A stretch of 64,000 nt of DNA from Candidatus Woesearchaeota archaeon (GTDB lineage: Archaea; Nanobdellota; Nanobdellia; Woesearchaeales; UBA10216), in the NCBI GenBank assembly GCA_016180065.1, contig JACPBY010000001.1, forward strand, positions 100,851 through 164,850, read 5' to 3'. The notes under the pieces were generated by a model. It ran no database searches. It was given only the letters and a program-made list of their open reading frames with translations, and was not told where the DNA came from. Positions 10,401-17,271 of this stretch are shown piece after piece. The translations under genes and the position numbers were made by a program. The stretch's first letter is position 1. Every line of letters begins with the position of its first letter.

Positions 10401-10752
10401 CCCCGTTTTTACCTTCGCTTGTGTAAACAAGGTTTTGTTTTTGTTCAGTATTAGGCGGATCCGGCGCCCTGAAATTACCGCTGCCCTCTGCTTTTTCCGT
10501 GTAGCTACTGTGAATCTCAAGGACTGCATTATCCTTGTTTCCGCCAAGCGTTGCAGCAAAGGCAAGGTTGCCGTCTTCGGCTGGCACTGCAGAGAAAGAG
10601 CCTATTTTTGGCTTTCCCCACCCAAGGTCAAAATTGTCAGTTACGGCTTCCATGGCATGAGCGATGGGCCCGCCAGCTACCTTGAGGGCTATGAAAGCCA
10701 CAATCATCATGATTACAGCGCCCTTAAGGTCCATCCAGGGCATTTCAGCCAA
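4480..10752 (-). CDS. giant (2,090 aa) prepilin-like surface protein with three tandem about 250-300-aa repeats and a long helical C-terminal half
   Basis: Uninterrupted 6.3-kb ORF with N-terminus MAEMPWMDLKGAVIMMIVAFIALKV. The repeat markers are FYDESYLELFD..CSDCDVIECK, LYNQRFIEYY..CIANCDVIGNK and LYDDRYIELYD..DGCNVVGKK. Each repeat ends with L..(K/R).GW. Confidence 0.8.
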   Translation of the reverse strand: MAEMPWMDLKGAVIMMIVAFIALKVAGGPIAHAMEAVTDNFDLGWGKPKIGSFSAVPAEDGNLAFAATLGGNKDNAVLEIHSSYTEKAEGSGNFRAPDPPNTEQKQNLVYTSEGKNGGKLEKKFNVKCPADEADCGGTVSQAMGGVSTLSGKFKPGWYTFVAVLKKDGSTKDVKRFELGFYDESYLELFDNPVSGCSDCDVIECKRAKLIAKLGSNIPEKCREGVMIIYNELVNKNGGKVGRTCDGGQCCDYPAPSQMQAYGSIGPITFNGCTAAQINDVYQKAAAFDFYRRVCEEAKVDALTEFMNAAEKLWDNKKWTVDSVKADVKNDFAQCSNSLEKHLRDKLGWKQMAISGSAGDRNEKYGRVIASYLDNREPNLDSAAVKSDENGVMAVSWSVPVGKNNVKGFEINHVVTRLIYKEGNEIKSVTSSPERLEKGPATRSFSHAVPRENQLGWHEFTISATSNADSNFKSNEVKAGVGLYNQRFIEYYQQPPKTQYTESYWCIANCDVIGNKKALIKKVSPSAEEIYGGIKAKFDELGCVYEKGSGMDNCKVPEAVNLMYEKLMGKFFSASYDKVTGSNCDLDSALKLGKAGFEGDVRKVCSARRVLTEELNKKGWQEASANTPIILAPSEVRVQDFRLVPNPDGTISASWVLSGPVESIKSFEIKHEHRRYAQDREDQFVNVLPVSVAPTGGNVYEKIRIGPFDSTYDGSHRFTLKALDSIKYELASGPSPATVNLYDDRYIELYDSDATSCGKNSLFKMQDGCNVVGKKRQFIRKNDVAKGIYNSNPEIKALFDCDFDRLYKDGKGCRPEAVHALYEAAIKKQYPGEEQQKGFLSIESCKPDTGDTCKARKNLANNLKNRGWVKITGRAANIQPIMPETHYTGDEPKTIPEKPLPGELFKLVIDITSTQPLRWLRMQQADSTEWSILPCDWLGNTCRREWNNLFFEPSPKPIKISAVDVTGRPLDLPSFTPAASSDCRERMQVGAQWVGCLGKASEEVVFECNSDGTTTAIVAEKEEARKLSSFLCGGIVDYGKPEFTKSPCIYSCEYDVECRAAGGSVAPYACPAEKAGYGVTMPVGKVCCEPHSVQEVNQKAIAVLSVITGVMNQNIEANTMGGFFFVFDLINPVKMFIEGSKLQTRESKLNLIEKLMADAEQGTPLVSVVGTMNELRLSKAKDYYLNEKYDSIGKQFMAYRAKLEVAMSSKDKAVRDQAVKDFDAVGGYSASMGLFVSEQKWADENAIAQSNTPLVLAIAKYDDFSGKDDDRQYDVLDDIYYEVAGFFKGLGDDGMAIEMYNVVVDYFPESDYAVDARSKVANLKSFGHRALVLSKGMAIDIFGDPTFYMFGGPKALMSVGKASAAGFVAKSRQMVKLAGKTGSLSQELVVKAASQSRAVITRENAAILAREFGKSATGLTKEAVNVLREIAAQPIRVLKARRVKAGFESFETAELATGKTLRVRFLKTFENSLANNPARYDDLVKEVKEAYTTLVAQHPFVFAKPKNQEMALKLLQGGLNKDEVLKVLKNPARLADDDPAVIKAVNGWLGPEHGITNPRLAKQVMIAKASPEAFEEAAKSMEEAMKLKKLAAEFILTTGKNERPYLVALARDGNMVTYQFRATIGSIDNVGPRLAERYQAVMDSFPELLNDKVSIKNVLKLVQREEFTAGEIGELLAKGGKANSNLRKKFIDVYLKKAYGITEDADAVRVLNSGIDPASARMVKAYELKKQGLAELFKKRRVLQKRLGEGISGGADVEKELKELVAEIAGIKNLITPGEKIYDKGGRLVAVLGRETGSVSLVPEHFPSFFNQLVVLKARAADTAYAALRPLAEGAGTAVSAAHTFAVDYAVPFAKVVKNKALEPQFRAMLAMYLPPAAVASFDTSKAYIQSAEDFMASEEIKVAVPVVAVNDDGSEELAFVMFQNGYDHDLGNPVLDPEQFSVPDGKVALCSYYDVLVEATIDDHVSRGCTAVFPVASIEKFALGSLNALNIEGFSTERQEWLGSVVAPMASNIEVSGALSEQDEDDIFNAKADEFLENAGLAYDTARSFRENGLTDLEVQKLLWDAKDISSFNGLRKMELGNVKKLAAAS

Positions 10753-10909
10753 ACCTCATTTCCCTGATGAAGCCAAGGTCAACCACGCCAAAGGCTGCGG
10801 CTGCGAAAACCAGAAGCATAATCAGGATGCCAAGGGCAATAATCCAGCCACCCAGATGGCCCCAGGTAGTCGCTTCCTGACCCTTTTTACCAATGGCAAA
10901 ACTCCTCAT
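10745..10909 (-). CDS. small prepilin-like protein (54 aa)
   Basis: Track ORF 10745..10948. I prefer the ATG at 10909 because a TATA-like box at 10963-10972 is too close to 10948. N-terminus: MRSFAIGKKGQEATTWGHLGGWIIALGILIMLLVF. Confidence 0.45.
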   Translation of the reverse strand: MRSFAIGKKGQEATTWGHLGGWIIALGILIMLLVFAAAAFGVVDLGFIREMRFG

Positions 10910-10962
10910 GCGCACACCCTTTTTCTTTAATAACACCTGACGGCTCACTAACTTAAAAACAC

Positions 10963-10972
10963 TATATAAATT
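10963..10972 (-). promoter_or_regulatory. TATA-like box internal to the pilin-like cluster
   Basis: The minus strand reads aatttatata in the only gap longer than 50 nt in the cluster (10910-11002). It lies upstream of the small gene and the giant gene. Confidence 0.4.
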
Positions 10973-11002
10973 CTTTGCCGTTCCGCAGCCTGACTTGTGC
11001 CC

Positions 11003-11971
11003 TTACCGCTTCTCCAGCTCTGCAGGATAATAGGTGCAGCCAATCTCGTTCTTGAGCATGCTGCCAGAATTCACACCGTTCCACTCCCTCAGGACTGTGA
11101 ACGCAGCCCATTCAGGAACATTATCACGGCTCGTAAGGAATGAAACAGCTTCTGACATGCCGTAAAAAACACCGAATGCTGCAGCGCCTGCACCAAGCAC
11201 AACCCAGCCGGGAGGGCCTGCAACAACACCTATGCTTGCCACGGCAAGCATAGTCCCGCCTGCTGCCAAAGCCCCGCCGCCAACCCCTATTACCAGCCCT
11301 GCCTTGCCCTCTGCTGTTTGAGCTGTCAAATGCCTCGCCACTTCCGCTATCTGGTCCTCGCCTTTTGCATAAACAAAAATCGAGGCATACGTTCCTTTTT
11401 TCAGCTCGCCTTTCTCCACAGTGCCGAGCAAGGGCGTGTTTTTCAAGGTGCCAAGCACCTGCTCAGCTTTTGATGTTTTAAAGCTTGAAAGATAATCAAT
11501 GTAAAGCCTTCCGCTCCTGTCAGGAATCTCCTCATCCATGAGATATTGACTAAGCCCTGCAACGGGCTCGCCAGCCCTGATATCAATGAATGCGCAGACA
11601 GTGCAATAGGTCGCTTCGTCGATGAACAGGTTGAGCTTGCCCTCGCCAAAATTGTTCCAGCAGTCATACATGGCATTGGCTATCCTCCTCTTCGCCTTTT
11701 CCTGAGCAGATGGAGTGCTGGTTTTCGTTATCTTGATGTCCTGCGCAGGGCACTCTATTGCAGCAGGAAACTCAAACCCCCTGATGTGGAGATTGGCATT
11801 CCTCTGAACGCTCCCCTTGCATGCGGTTGCATCAGCAGAGCTCTCGCTTGCCTCAGCAACGCCCCCCATGAATTTGAATGACAGCAATATCATCGCAACG
11901 ACAACAGCAAGAAGCACGATTGTTTCGTTCTCAAGGCCTTTCTTGTTGAGCCTCTTAAGCACAGGCAGCAT
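11003..11971 (-). CDS. prepilin-like protein, paralog of 11973..13040, with an extra Gly/Ala-rich C-terminal membrane segment
   Basis: The ATG at 11971 directly follows the upstream stop. N-terminus: MLPVLKRLNKKGLENETIVLLAVVVAMILLSF. It shares the motif DCWNNFGEGKLNLF..CTVCAFI with its neighbour. Confidence 0.6.
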   Translation of the reverse strand: MLPVLKRLNKKGLENETIVLLAVVVAMILLSFKFMGGVAEASESSADATACKGSVQRNANLHIRGFEFPAAIECPAQDIKITKTSTPSAQEKAKRRIANAMYDCWNNFGEGKLNLFIDEATYCTVCAFIDIRAGEPVAGLSQYLMDEEIPDRSGRLYIDYLSSFKTSKAEQVLGTLKNTPLLGTVEKGELKKGTYASIFVYAKGEDQIAEVARHLTAQTAEGKAGLVIGVGGGALAAGGTMLAVASIGVVAGPPGWVVLGAGAAAFGVFYGMSEAVSFLTSRDNVPEWAAFTVLREWNGVNSGSMLKNEIGCTYYPAELEKR

Positions 11972-11972
11972 C

Positions 11973-13040
11973 TCAGTAAAGCCTCTTGCAGGTGCTGGCA
12001 AGCTCCGAGGACGGGACAAGGCGGACAGTGGCAGGGAAAACTTTCAAGGTGCCTGTCTTGCCAAGCTCCACCTTCCAGTTTGTAAGGTCAACTTCATTTC
12101 CTCCATCAACAACCTTCCCAAACACAAGCCCGGGATTTTCACCTTCCCTGTAGCCCGGAACCGGCTTGCCATACCCTGTGTTGCAGCCTATGTCGGCAGC
12201 GTCTCCTCCTGTCACAGGGTTTTTGTCATAGCCGCCAAGATAGCAGTCAACGATGCCCGCATTTGGAGGCGCGGTGGAACCGGTTGAGTATTTCCCAAAA
12301 AAATACCTGTTTTGGGACTGGGTTGACAAGGCGAACACAACGCTGTAAGGCTGCGGCACTCTCTTTCCAGTCTTATCAGCATAAAACTTTATGGCCTTGC
12401 CATCAAACGCGCTTATGTATCTAGTAAAGTCCTGGGGCTTGTGGACTGAGTTTTCAAGGAAATATTCCATGTACGTTTTCTCATCCTTCGGAGGAATTGC
12501 TGTTGCGGCAGCATAGGAGTAAAGGTTCGTGAGCTCAACAGCATCGCCTTCATCAACAAAGTCCTGGCTGGGGATTATCTCAGAGCAGACGATGCAGGCT
12601 GTTCCATCCTTGGCATCAACTGACTGCTGCAGCTTTATCTTGCCCTCGCCAAACATGTACCAGCAGTCCTTCATGTTCTTCATGATGAGCTCCTTAAGCT
12701 GGTTCTCCCTCTCCCCAGTATCGGTGCTGAGCCGAATTTTGTCATCATACCTCTTTATGCTCTTCTTTGTTATTTCGCTGAAAATAGTCTTGCAATTAAA
12801 CTGGAAAGGGCTGTCCATGAATGTATAATCCATCACCCAGAAGTCCTTTGTGAACTGAAAGCTTGCGAGGGCAACGCTCAGCTTGCACCCTTCAATAAGG
12901 TCTTTTGTCTGGGCAGCAGCAATGTAAGGCTTGGTCATTGAAAAGACAAGGAAGAACACTGCCACAGCTGCTACTGCACTAACTACCTCTCCTTGGGCAA
13001 GCCCTTTCTTTTCCTTTTTTCCAACAGGGCTTCCTGGCAT
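11973..13040 (-). CDS. prepilin-like protein, paralog of 11003..11971
   Basis: N-terminus: MPGSPVGKKEKKGLAQGEVVSAVAAVAVFFLVF. It carries the motif DCWYMFGEGKIKLQ..CIVCSEI. Confidence 0.65.
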   Translation of the reverse strand: MPGSPVGKKEKKGLAQGEVVSAVAAVAVFFLVFSMTKPYIAAAQTKDLIEGCKLSVALASFQFTKDFWVMDYTFMDSPFQFNCKTIFSEITKKSIKRYDDKIRLSTDTGERENQLKELIMKNMKDCWYMFGEGKIKLQQSVDAKDGTACIVCSEIIPSQDFVDEGDAVELTNLYSYAAATAIPPKDEKTYMEYFLENSVHKPQDFTRYISAFDGKAIKFYADKTGKRVPQPYSVVFALSTQSQNRYFFGKYSTGSTAPPNAGIVDCYLGGYDKNPVTGGDAADIGCNTGYGKPVPGYREGENPGLVFGKVVDGGNEVDLTNWKVELGKTGTLKVFPATVRLVPSSELASTCKRLY

Positions 13041-13041
13041 G

Positions 13042-13188
13042 TCAGCAGATGCCTCCGCTCCACGTGCCGGTTTTGCACATTATGCTCCTCAGAACCATGA
13101 AAATGATGACAATCGCCCCAATGACAACGACGCTTCCAAGCACGGTCTCTGACAGGATAGCTGTGCCTCTTTTCTTACTGCACACCAT
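13042..13188 (-). CDS. mini prepilin-like protein (48 aa), first gene of the cluster
   Basis: Not in the track because it is shorter than 60 aa. My translation is MVCSKKRGTAILSETVLGSVVVIGAIVIIFMVLRSIMCKTGTWSGGIC. Its stop lies 1 nt before the next ATG at 13040. Confidence 0.45.
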   Translation of the reverse strand: MVCSKKRGTAILSETVLGSVVVIGAIVIIFMVLRSIMCKTGTWSGGIC

Positions 13189-13209
13189 ACAATCACCATT
13201 CGAAATTGC

Positions 13210-13217
13210 TTATATAA
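13210..13217 (-). promoter_or_regulatory. TATA-like box for the pilin-like gene cluster
   Basis: ttatataa lies about 25 nt upstream of the ATG at 13188, so the transcript would be leaderless or nearly so. Confidence 0.45.
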
Positions 13218-13238
13218 GGTTTTCGGAAAAGGAGGTAA

Positions 13239-13583
13239 TTACAGCTTTCTTATTCTTATGCGTCCGTCTTTAACCACTACCAGCTTGCCTTCAACATCAA
13301 GCTCCCGCATGGTTTTAGTTAGGATACCAAATCTCTCCTCAGGGTCAGTGCTGGCAGTTCTTAGAAGGATAAACCCCGGGGCTGGCTTCCTTCGCCTGAC
13401 AATCAGTTCGCCGAAGTCTTTATCATCAGAAATCAGGATTCTGCCTTCGCTTTCTGCTCTGGCAAGGACTGCCTCATCACTTGCAGCGGGCATAATATCT
13501 CCTGCAAATATAACATCATGTTTAGCGCCTGCTAGCATGTCAGCCAGCCTTTTACCTGTGCTTTCATCAACCAGAAGCCGCAT
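13239..13583 (-). CDS. PIN-like toxin (DUF5615-type)
   Basis: MRLLVDES...HDVIFAG...SDEAVLARAESEGRILISDDKDFGEL...PGFILLR matches the DUF5615 pattern. It overlaps the upstream DUF433 gene. Confidence 0.7.
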   Translation of the reverse strand: MRLLVDESTGKRLADMLAGAKHDVIFAGDIMPAASDEAVLARAESEGRILISDDKDFGELIVRRRKPAPGFILLRTASTDPEERFGILTKTMRELDVEGKLVVVKDGRIRIRKL

Positions 13584-13827
13584 AAGCTGCCTTTTTCTCC
13601 TCTATTTCAGGTATGATGTCCTCTCCCCTAACGAGGCTTGCAGAATACTCAACTGCTGCTCTCACATCATCCTTAGTCAGGTTTGGGTAGTCCTTGAGTA
13701 TTCCTTCAGTAGTCATACCATCAGCTATTCTTTGGAGGATTGCGTCTACAGGCACTCTAGTGCCTTTGATTACAGGCTTCCCAACCATTATTTTTGGGTC
13801 CACAATTATCCTTTTCATGAAGTCCAT
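13567..13827 (-). CDS. DUF433 family antitoxin-like protein
   Basis: IIVDPKIMVGKPVIKGTRVPVDAILQRIADGMTTEGILKDYPNLTKDDVRAAVEY is a typical DUF433 signature. Confidence 0.75.
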   Translation of the reverse strand: MDFMKRIIVDPKIMVGKPVIKGTRVPVDAILQRIADGMTTEGILKDYPNLTKDDVRAAVEYSASLVRGEDIIPEIEEKKAAYAASG

Positions 13828-13898
13828 ATGAATAATACCCTTATTAATGTGATAGCGGCTACCAAATTATATAATGTTTTTGGAAAAGTTTTTAACTT

Positions 13899-16337
13899 TT
13901 GCAGCTGATAAAGAAATTTTTGATGGCTGCTTCTGATGGCGAAGGCGGCAAAGGCGAGGAAAGCCTTGAGGCGCTTATAGAAAAGAGCTTAAGGATTAAA
14001 CCCCTTTTTGAAAAAACCCATCCTGCCGGGGCAGAGGCTGCCCCCAAAACTCTCATAGAGAGGCTGCTCCCGCTCTCAGCAGCTGCTGCAAATGCAGTGC
14101 TGTCATCCCCAGGCAACCCGGCATATGCGCCTGCTGCGGTCGGAGCACTGACATACATTCTTGCCAGCAAAACCGCCAGGTTAGCAAAGCTAAACAGCAA
14201 AATCAGCACAGCAACTTACGGGCTTGGCCCTTCATTTGCCAGCAATGTCTTATTCCAATTTAAAGGATTGGCTGCCATCGTTTCAGGCATGGTGTCTTTT
14301 GCAATCCCTTATTCCGCCAAAAGCTTCGGGGATGAAACAGGCAGTTCCCTGGACTGGTTTGCTGAGCTGGCAAAGTCCCTGCCAAGCTTTGCTCCTGAAA
14401 TAGCATACGGCACGCTCAGCGGCTTTGGCACATACGTTCTCCTGACAGGGCTCCAGCATGTTGCACATCCGCAGAGCCTACTTACTGCATGGCACATGCT
14501 GCGCAAAAATCCTGAAAAAATGGCTGGAATTCCCCATTCAAAAGAAAAGGAGATTGGGCTGCTGCTGCAGATGGGGGACGCCTTTCTTGACTCAAAAAAT
14601 TTTGCTGGCGCTGCTGGCGCGTATAAAGGACTTCTTCAGTCAGCAATGAGAACTGACGGCAAAACAGGAATCTCTGACTGGCTTGTAGGCAGAGCGAAGA
14701 ATGTGCAGGCTTATGGCACAACCATTCCCAATCCGCTGCAGCAGGCAATGCACGAATTTGCAGCCGGAAACCATGAAAGCGCTCATTCTCTGCTGGCATA
14801 TGCAATAAGAATTGAGCCTAACAACAGGGACCTGCACAGGATAAGAGCTTTGTTTTTTCAGGTGCTTGGAGAGAAGAGCGCAGCAGACCTTGAAATGCGC
14901 ATATTTGTTGAGCTGGCAAGGAGGGACGCTGAATCAATTTTTGAACTGGTCGGGGAATCCCGCAACAGGGTGCTCACTATAAAAGGCGGAAGAACCCGCG
15001 ACATATATGTGAAAGAAGGCCCTGCCAGTTCTTTTGATGATGAAGCGAGGAATATTTCAGAATTCTCCCGAGAGATTCCCGGAAGACTGCCATCAGTTGT
15101 AGGAATGTGTCCGGCTGATGCAAAAGGGAAAGCGGCTATGGCTGTTGAAAGCATGGGGAACGCAACCATGCTGCAAAAGGCAATCACAGGCAACCTGACG
15201 GCACAAGATGTGGAGTCAACAATTGATTTGCTGTTAGAAGTCTTAACAGCCGGGGAAAAACTAAGAAAGCAGGGAAAAATAAAGGTTGCAGAGCCAATCA
15301 GCCTGCCAACATACATTTATTCAAGCCAAACAGCCCTTAAAAGCCTTGGCAGAAATGCTGTGCAGGAAAACGTGCACGAAGAAAACGGCACAAAGCAAAC
15401 CCCGCTGTATTTCGCGCACAGGGTCAATGACCTTTTTGTCCTGGGCGTGCAGGAGCATAACGGGATAGAGTTTACGCAGGAATTCGCAGATAAAGTCATG
15501 AATGGGGCAGCAGTCCTCAATTATCTCCTGCTTGAGCATCCCCTGATTAAGCAGGGAACGCTCAACGGGGTGTACACGGACTTTACGCACCGGAACATAA
15601 TCTTTGACAGCCTGTCGGGAGCCTTGAAAGGGAAGATAGACTGGGAGCAGATAAAGGTGCTGCCTGTAATGTTTGAGCTTGTAAACATACTTGAATTCTA
15701 CCGCGTAAACTTCTCAGCCAGCCAAATAGAGTCCTTTCAAAAATATTTTGTCAACAGGTTTGAACATGCATCTGGAGCAAAAATCAGCATGAGCCAGTTT
15801 AGTTTCTTATACCACACAGCTGCGGCCATAAGGCACCTTGAGCTGATATCTTACAGAAGCAGGGATGCAGCGTTTAACCCGGAGAACGCCTCTGCGCAGG
15901 CTTACCATCACCTTATGGCAAGGATGCACCTCGTTGAGGTAATTGCAAAAGCACCAATAACCCAGAACCATCCTGCAAGGGCGGCGCTTGAGGAAATGCT
16001 TCAGCAATTGGATATGACACCAATTATGAAGGATGCAAGGCAACAAAAGGAACTTGAAAGCGAAGTCCGGCTTCACGCAACGAGAGCTGGCCCATCAATG
16101 AGATACCTTGCTCACGAAGCATCGCAGAAGGCATACTGGAAAGACTTTTTCAGCCCACCCCAAAACTTTCTACGCCGTCCACACTTAACCAACACTCCTT
16201 ACAGGAAAGCCAGTGTTGCCGAAAACCTGGCAAGCAATGCATCAGTTATTATTGGAGTCCCTGCAGCATTGGCGACAGCAGGAACCTTTGACACTGCACT
16301 GTATTTTGCCCTTCAAACAATAATGCCTTCATTGTGA
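13899..16337 (+). CDS. membrane-associated TPR-like / protein-kinase-like (APH/choline-kinase fold) protein, 812 aa
   Basis: The catalytic-loop-like motif YTDFTHRNIIF (DxxxxN) is followed by GKIDWEQ. Hydrophobic segments lie near the N- and C-termini. The track start is a TTG at 13899, and the first ATG is at 13923. Confidence 0.7.
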   Translation: MQLIKKFLMAASDGEGGKGEESLEALIEKSLRIKPLFEKTHPAGAEAAPKTLIERLLPLSAAAANAVLSSPGNPAYAPAAVGALTYILASKTARLAKLNSKISTATYGLGPSFASNVLFQFKGLAAIVSGMVSFAIPYSAKSFGDETGSSLDWFAELAKSLPSFAPEIAYGTLSGFGTYVLLTGLQHVAHPQSLLTAWHMLRKNPEKMAGIPHSKEKEIGLLLQMGDAFLDSKNFAGAAGAYKGLLQSAMRTDGKTGISDWLVGRAKNVQAYGTTIPNPLQQAMHEFAAGNHESAHSLLAYAIRIEPNNRDLHRIRALFFQVLGEKSAADLEMRIFVELARRDAESIFELVGESRNRVLTIKGGRTRDIYVKEGPASSFDDEARNISEFSREIPGRLPSVVGMCPADAKGKAAMAVESMGNATMLQKAITGNLTAQDVESTIDLLLEVLTAGEKLRKQGKIKVAEPISLPTYIYSSQTALKSLGRNAVQENVHEENGTKQTPLYFAHRVNDLFVLGVQEHNGIEFTQEFADKVMNGAAVLNYLLLEHPLIKQGTLNGVYTDFTHRNIIFDSLSGALKGKIDWEQIKVLPVMFELVNILEFYRVNFSASQIESFQKYFVNRFEHASGAKISMSQFSFLYHTAAAIRHLELISYRSRDAAFNPENASAQAYHHLMARMHLVEVIAKAPITQNHPARAALEEMLQQLDMTPIMKDARQQKELESEVRLHATRAGPSMRYLAHEASQKAYWKDFFSPPQNFLRRPHLTNTPYRKASVAENLASNASVIIGVPAALATAGTFDTALYFALQTIMPSL

Positions 16338-16343
16338 CTGCAG

Positions 16344-17249
16344 CTAAAGCTTCTCAGCCATCAGCGCGCCATTCATGTCAAATATGTCGCTCTCTGCCGC
16401 CTTTAAAAGAAAAAGGACTGGAAGCTCTTTTTTGGCTGTCTTCAGCAGCAGGCTTTCAAGTTCAGCCTTAAGCGAGTAATGCCTCTGGGCAAAACAGGCT
16501 ATTGCCCCAATGCCGAATTTTCCATGAACCACCCTGAATTGCCTGAAAAAATCAGAAACATTTGCATAAGCAGAGAAGACATCCTTGCTTAATTGCAGCC
16601 TGTTGCCGGCACAATAGCCGCATATGTCCCTGAAGCTGTCTCCAATCTTCTCAAGCTGCTCAACAAGGTAGTAAGACGGCGCTGCCCTTTTGACAACCCT
16701 GTGGCCTGCCATGTTAATTGCCCTCCTGCAGAAATCAGCGTACTTGTTGACTTCGAAGTCCATGGATGCCGTAAAATCCAGCTTTTCCCAATTTTTTGCC
16801 TTAATGTTGCTCAGGCCCTCCTGTGCCATCGTATCTATGACAAAAATCATTTTCCTGAACAAGCTTTCAAACTCTTCAGGTATTATGTGGGAAACATTCC
16901 TTACAAGAACCCTGTTTTTCCCCTCTTCAACTGATTCGAACCCAACCAATTCGCTTAAAACTTCTTTTATGGATGAAAGCTCATCGGGAGACTGGAATCC
17001 AACCTCAAACTCATCATAACCTGCCTTGTAAAGAGCGCCAAGAACCCTCTTGACCATCAGCCCTGCCCCGGAAACATCCACAACAGCCCTGCCCTGCCTT
17101 GATTCTGAAGCAGGATAAACAACCAGCCTTGGACCAGCCTCCTCAACTTCCAGCCCATCGCCCTTTTTCAGCCTGTGCTGCCTAAGCCATGCAGATGGCA
17201 GCGAAATGACGTATGTCTCAGTCCCCAGCTGTATCAGCTTTCTCAGCAT
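16344..17249 (-). CDS. AbrB/SpoVT-domain plus PhoU-domain regulator (archaeal PhoU-like)
   Basis: The N-terminus KLIQLGTETYVISLPSAWLRQHRLKKGDGLEVEE is a swapped-hairpin AbrB-type motif. The C-terminal helical region is PhoU-like. Confidence 0.75.
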   Translation of the reverse strand: MLRKLIQLGTETYVISLPSAWLRQHRLKKGDGLEVEEAGPRLVVYPASESRQGRAVVDVSGAGLMVKRVLGALYKAGYDEFEVGFQSPDELSSIKEVLSELVGFESVEEGKNRVLVRNVSHIIPEEFESLFRKMIFVIDTMAQEGLSNIKAKNWEKLDFTASMDFEVNKYADFCRRAINMAGHRVVKRAAPSYYLVEQLEKIGDSFRDICGYCAGNRLQLSKDVFSAYANVSDFFRQFRVVHGKFGIGAIACFAQRHYSLKAELESLLLKTAKKELPVLFLLKAAESDIFDMNGALMAEKL

Positions 17250-17271
17250 TTGGCTAACTTCCCTTTCTCCC

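Noticed and set aside
9517-10767. 416-aa plus-strand ORF, together with similar long ORFs at 3836..4483, 13258..13908, 27700..28347, 36606..37304, 39338..40090, 46525..47208, 54276..54920 and 55497..56012.
   Set aside because: All lie entirely antisense to ORFs that carry strong family motifs or consistent cluster features. Their translations are Ser/Leu/Ala/Arg-rich, have no recognisable motifs and look like shadow frames.
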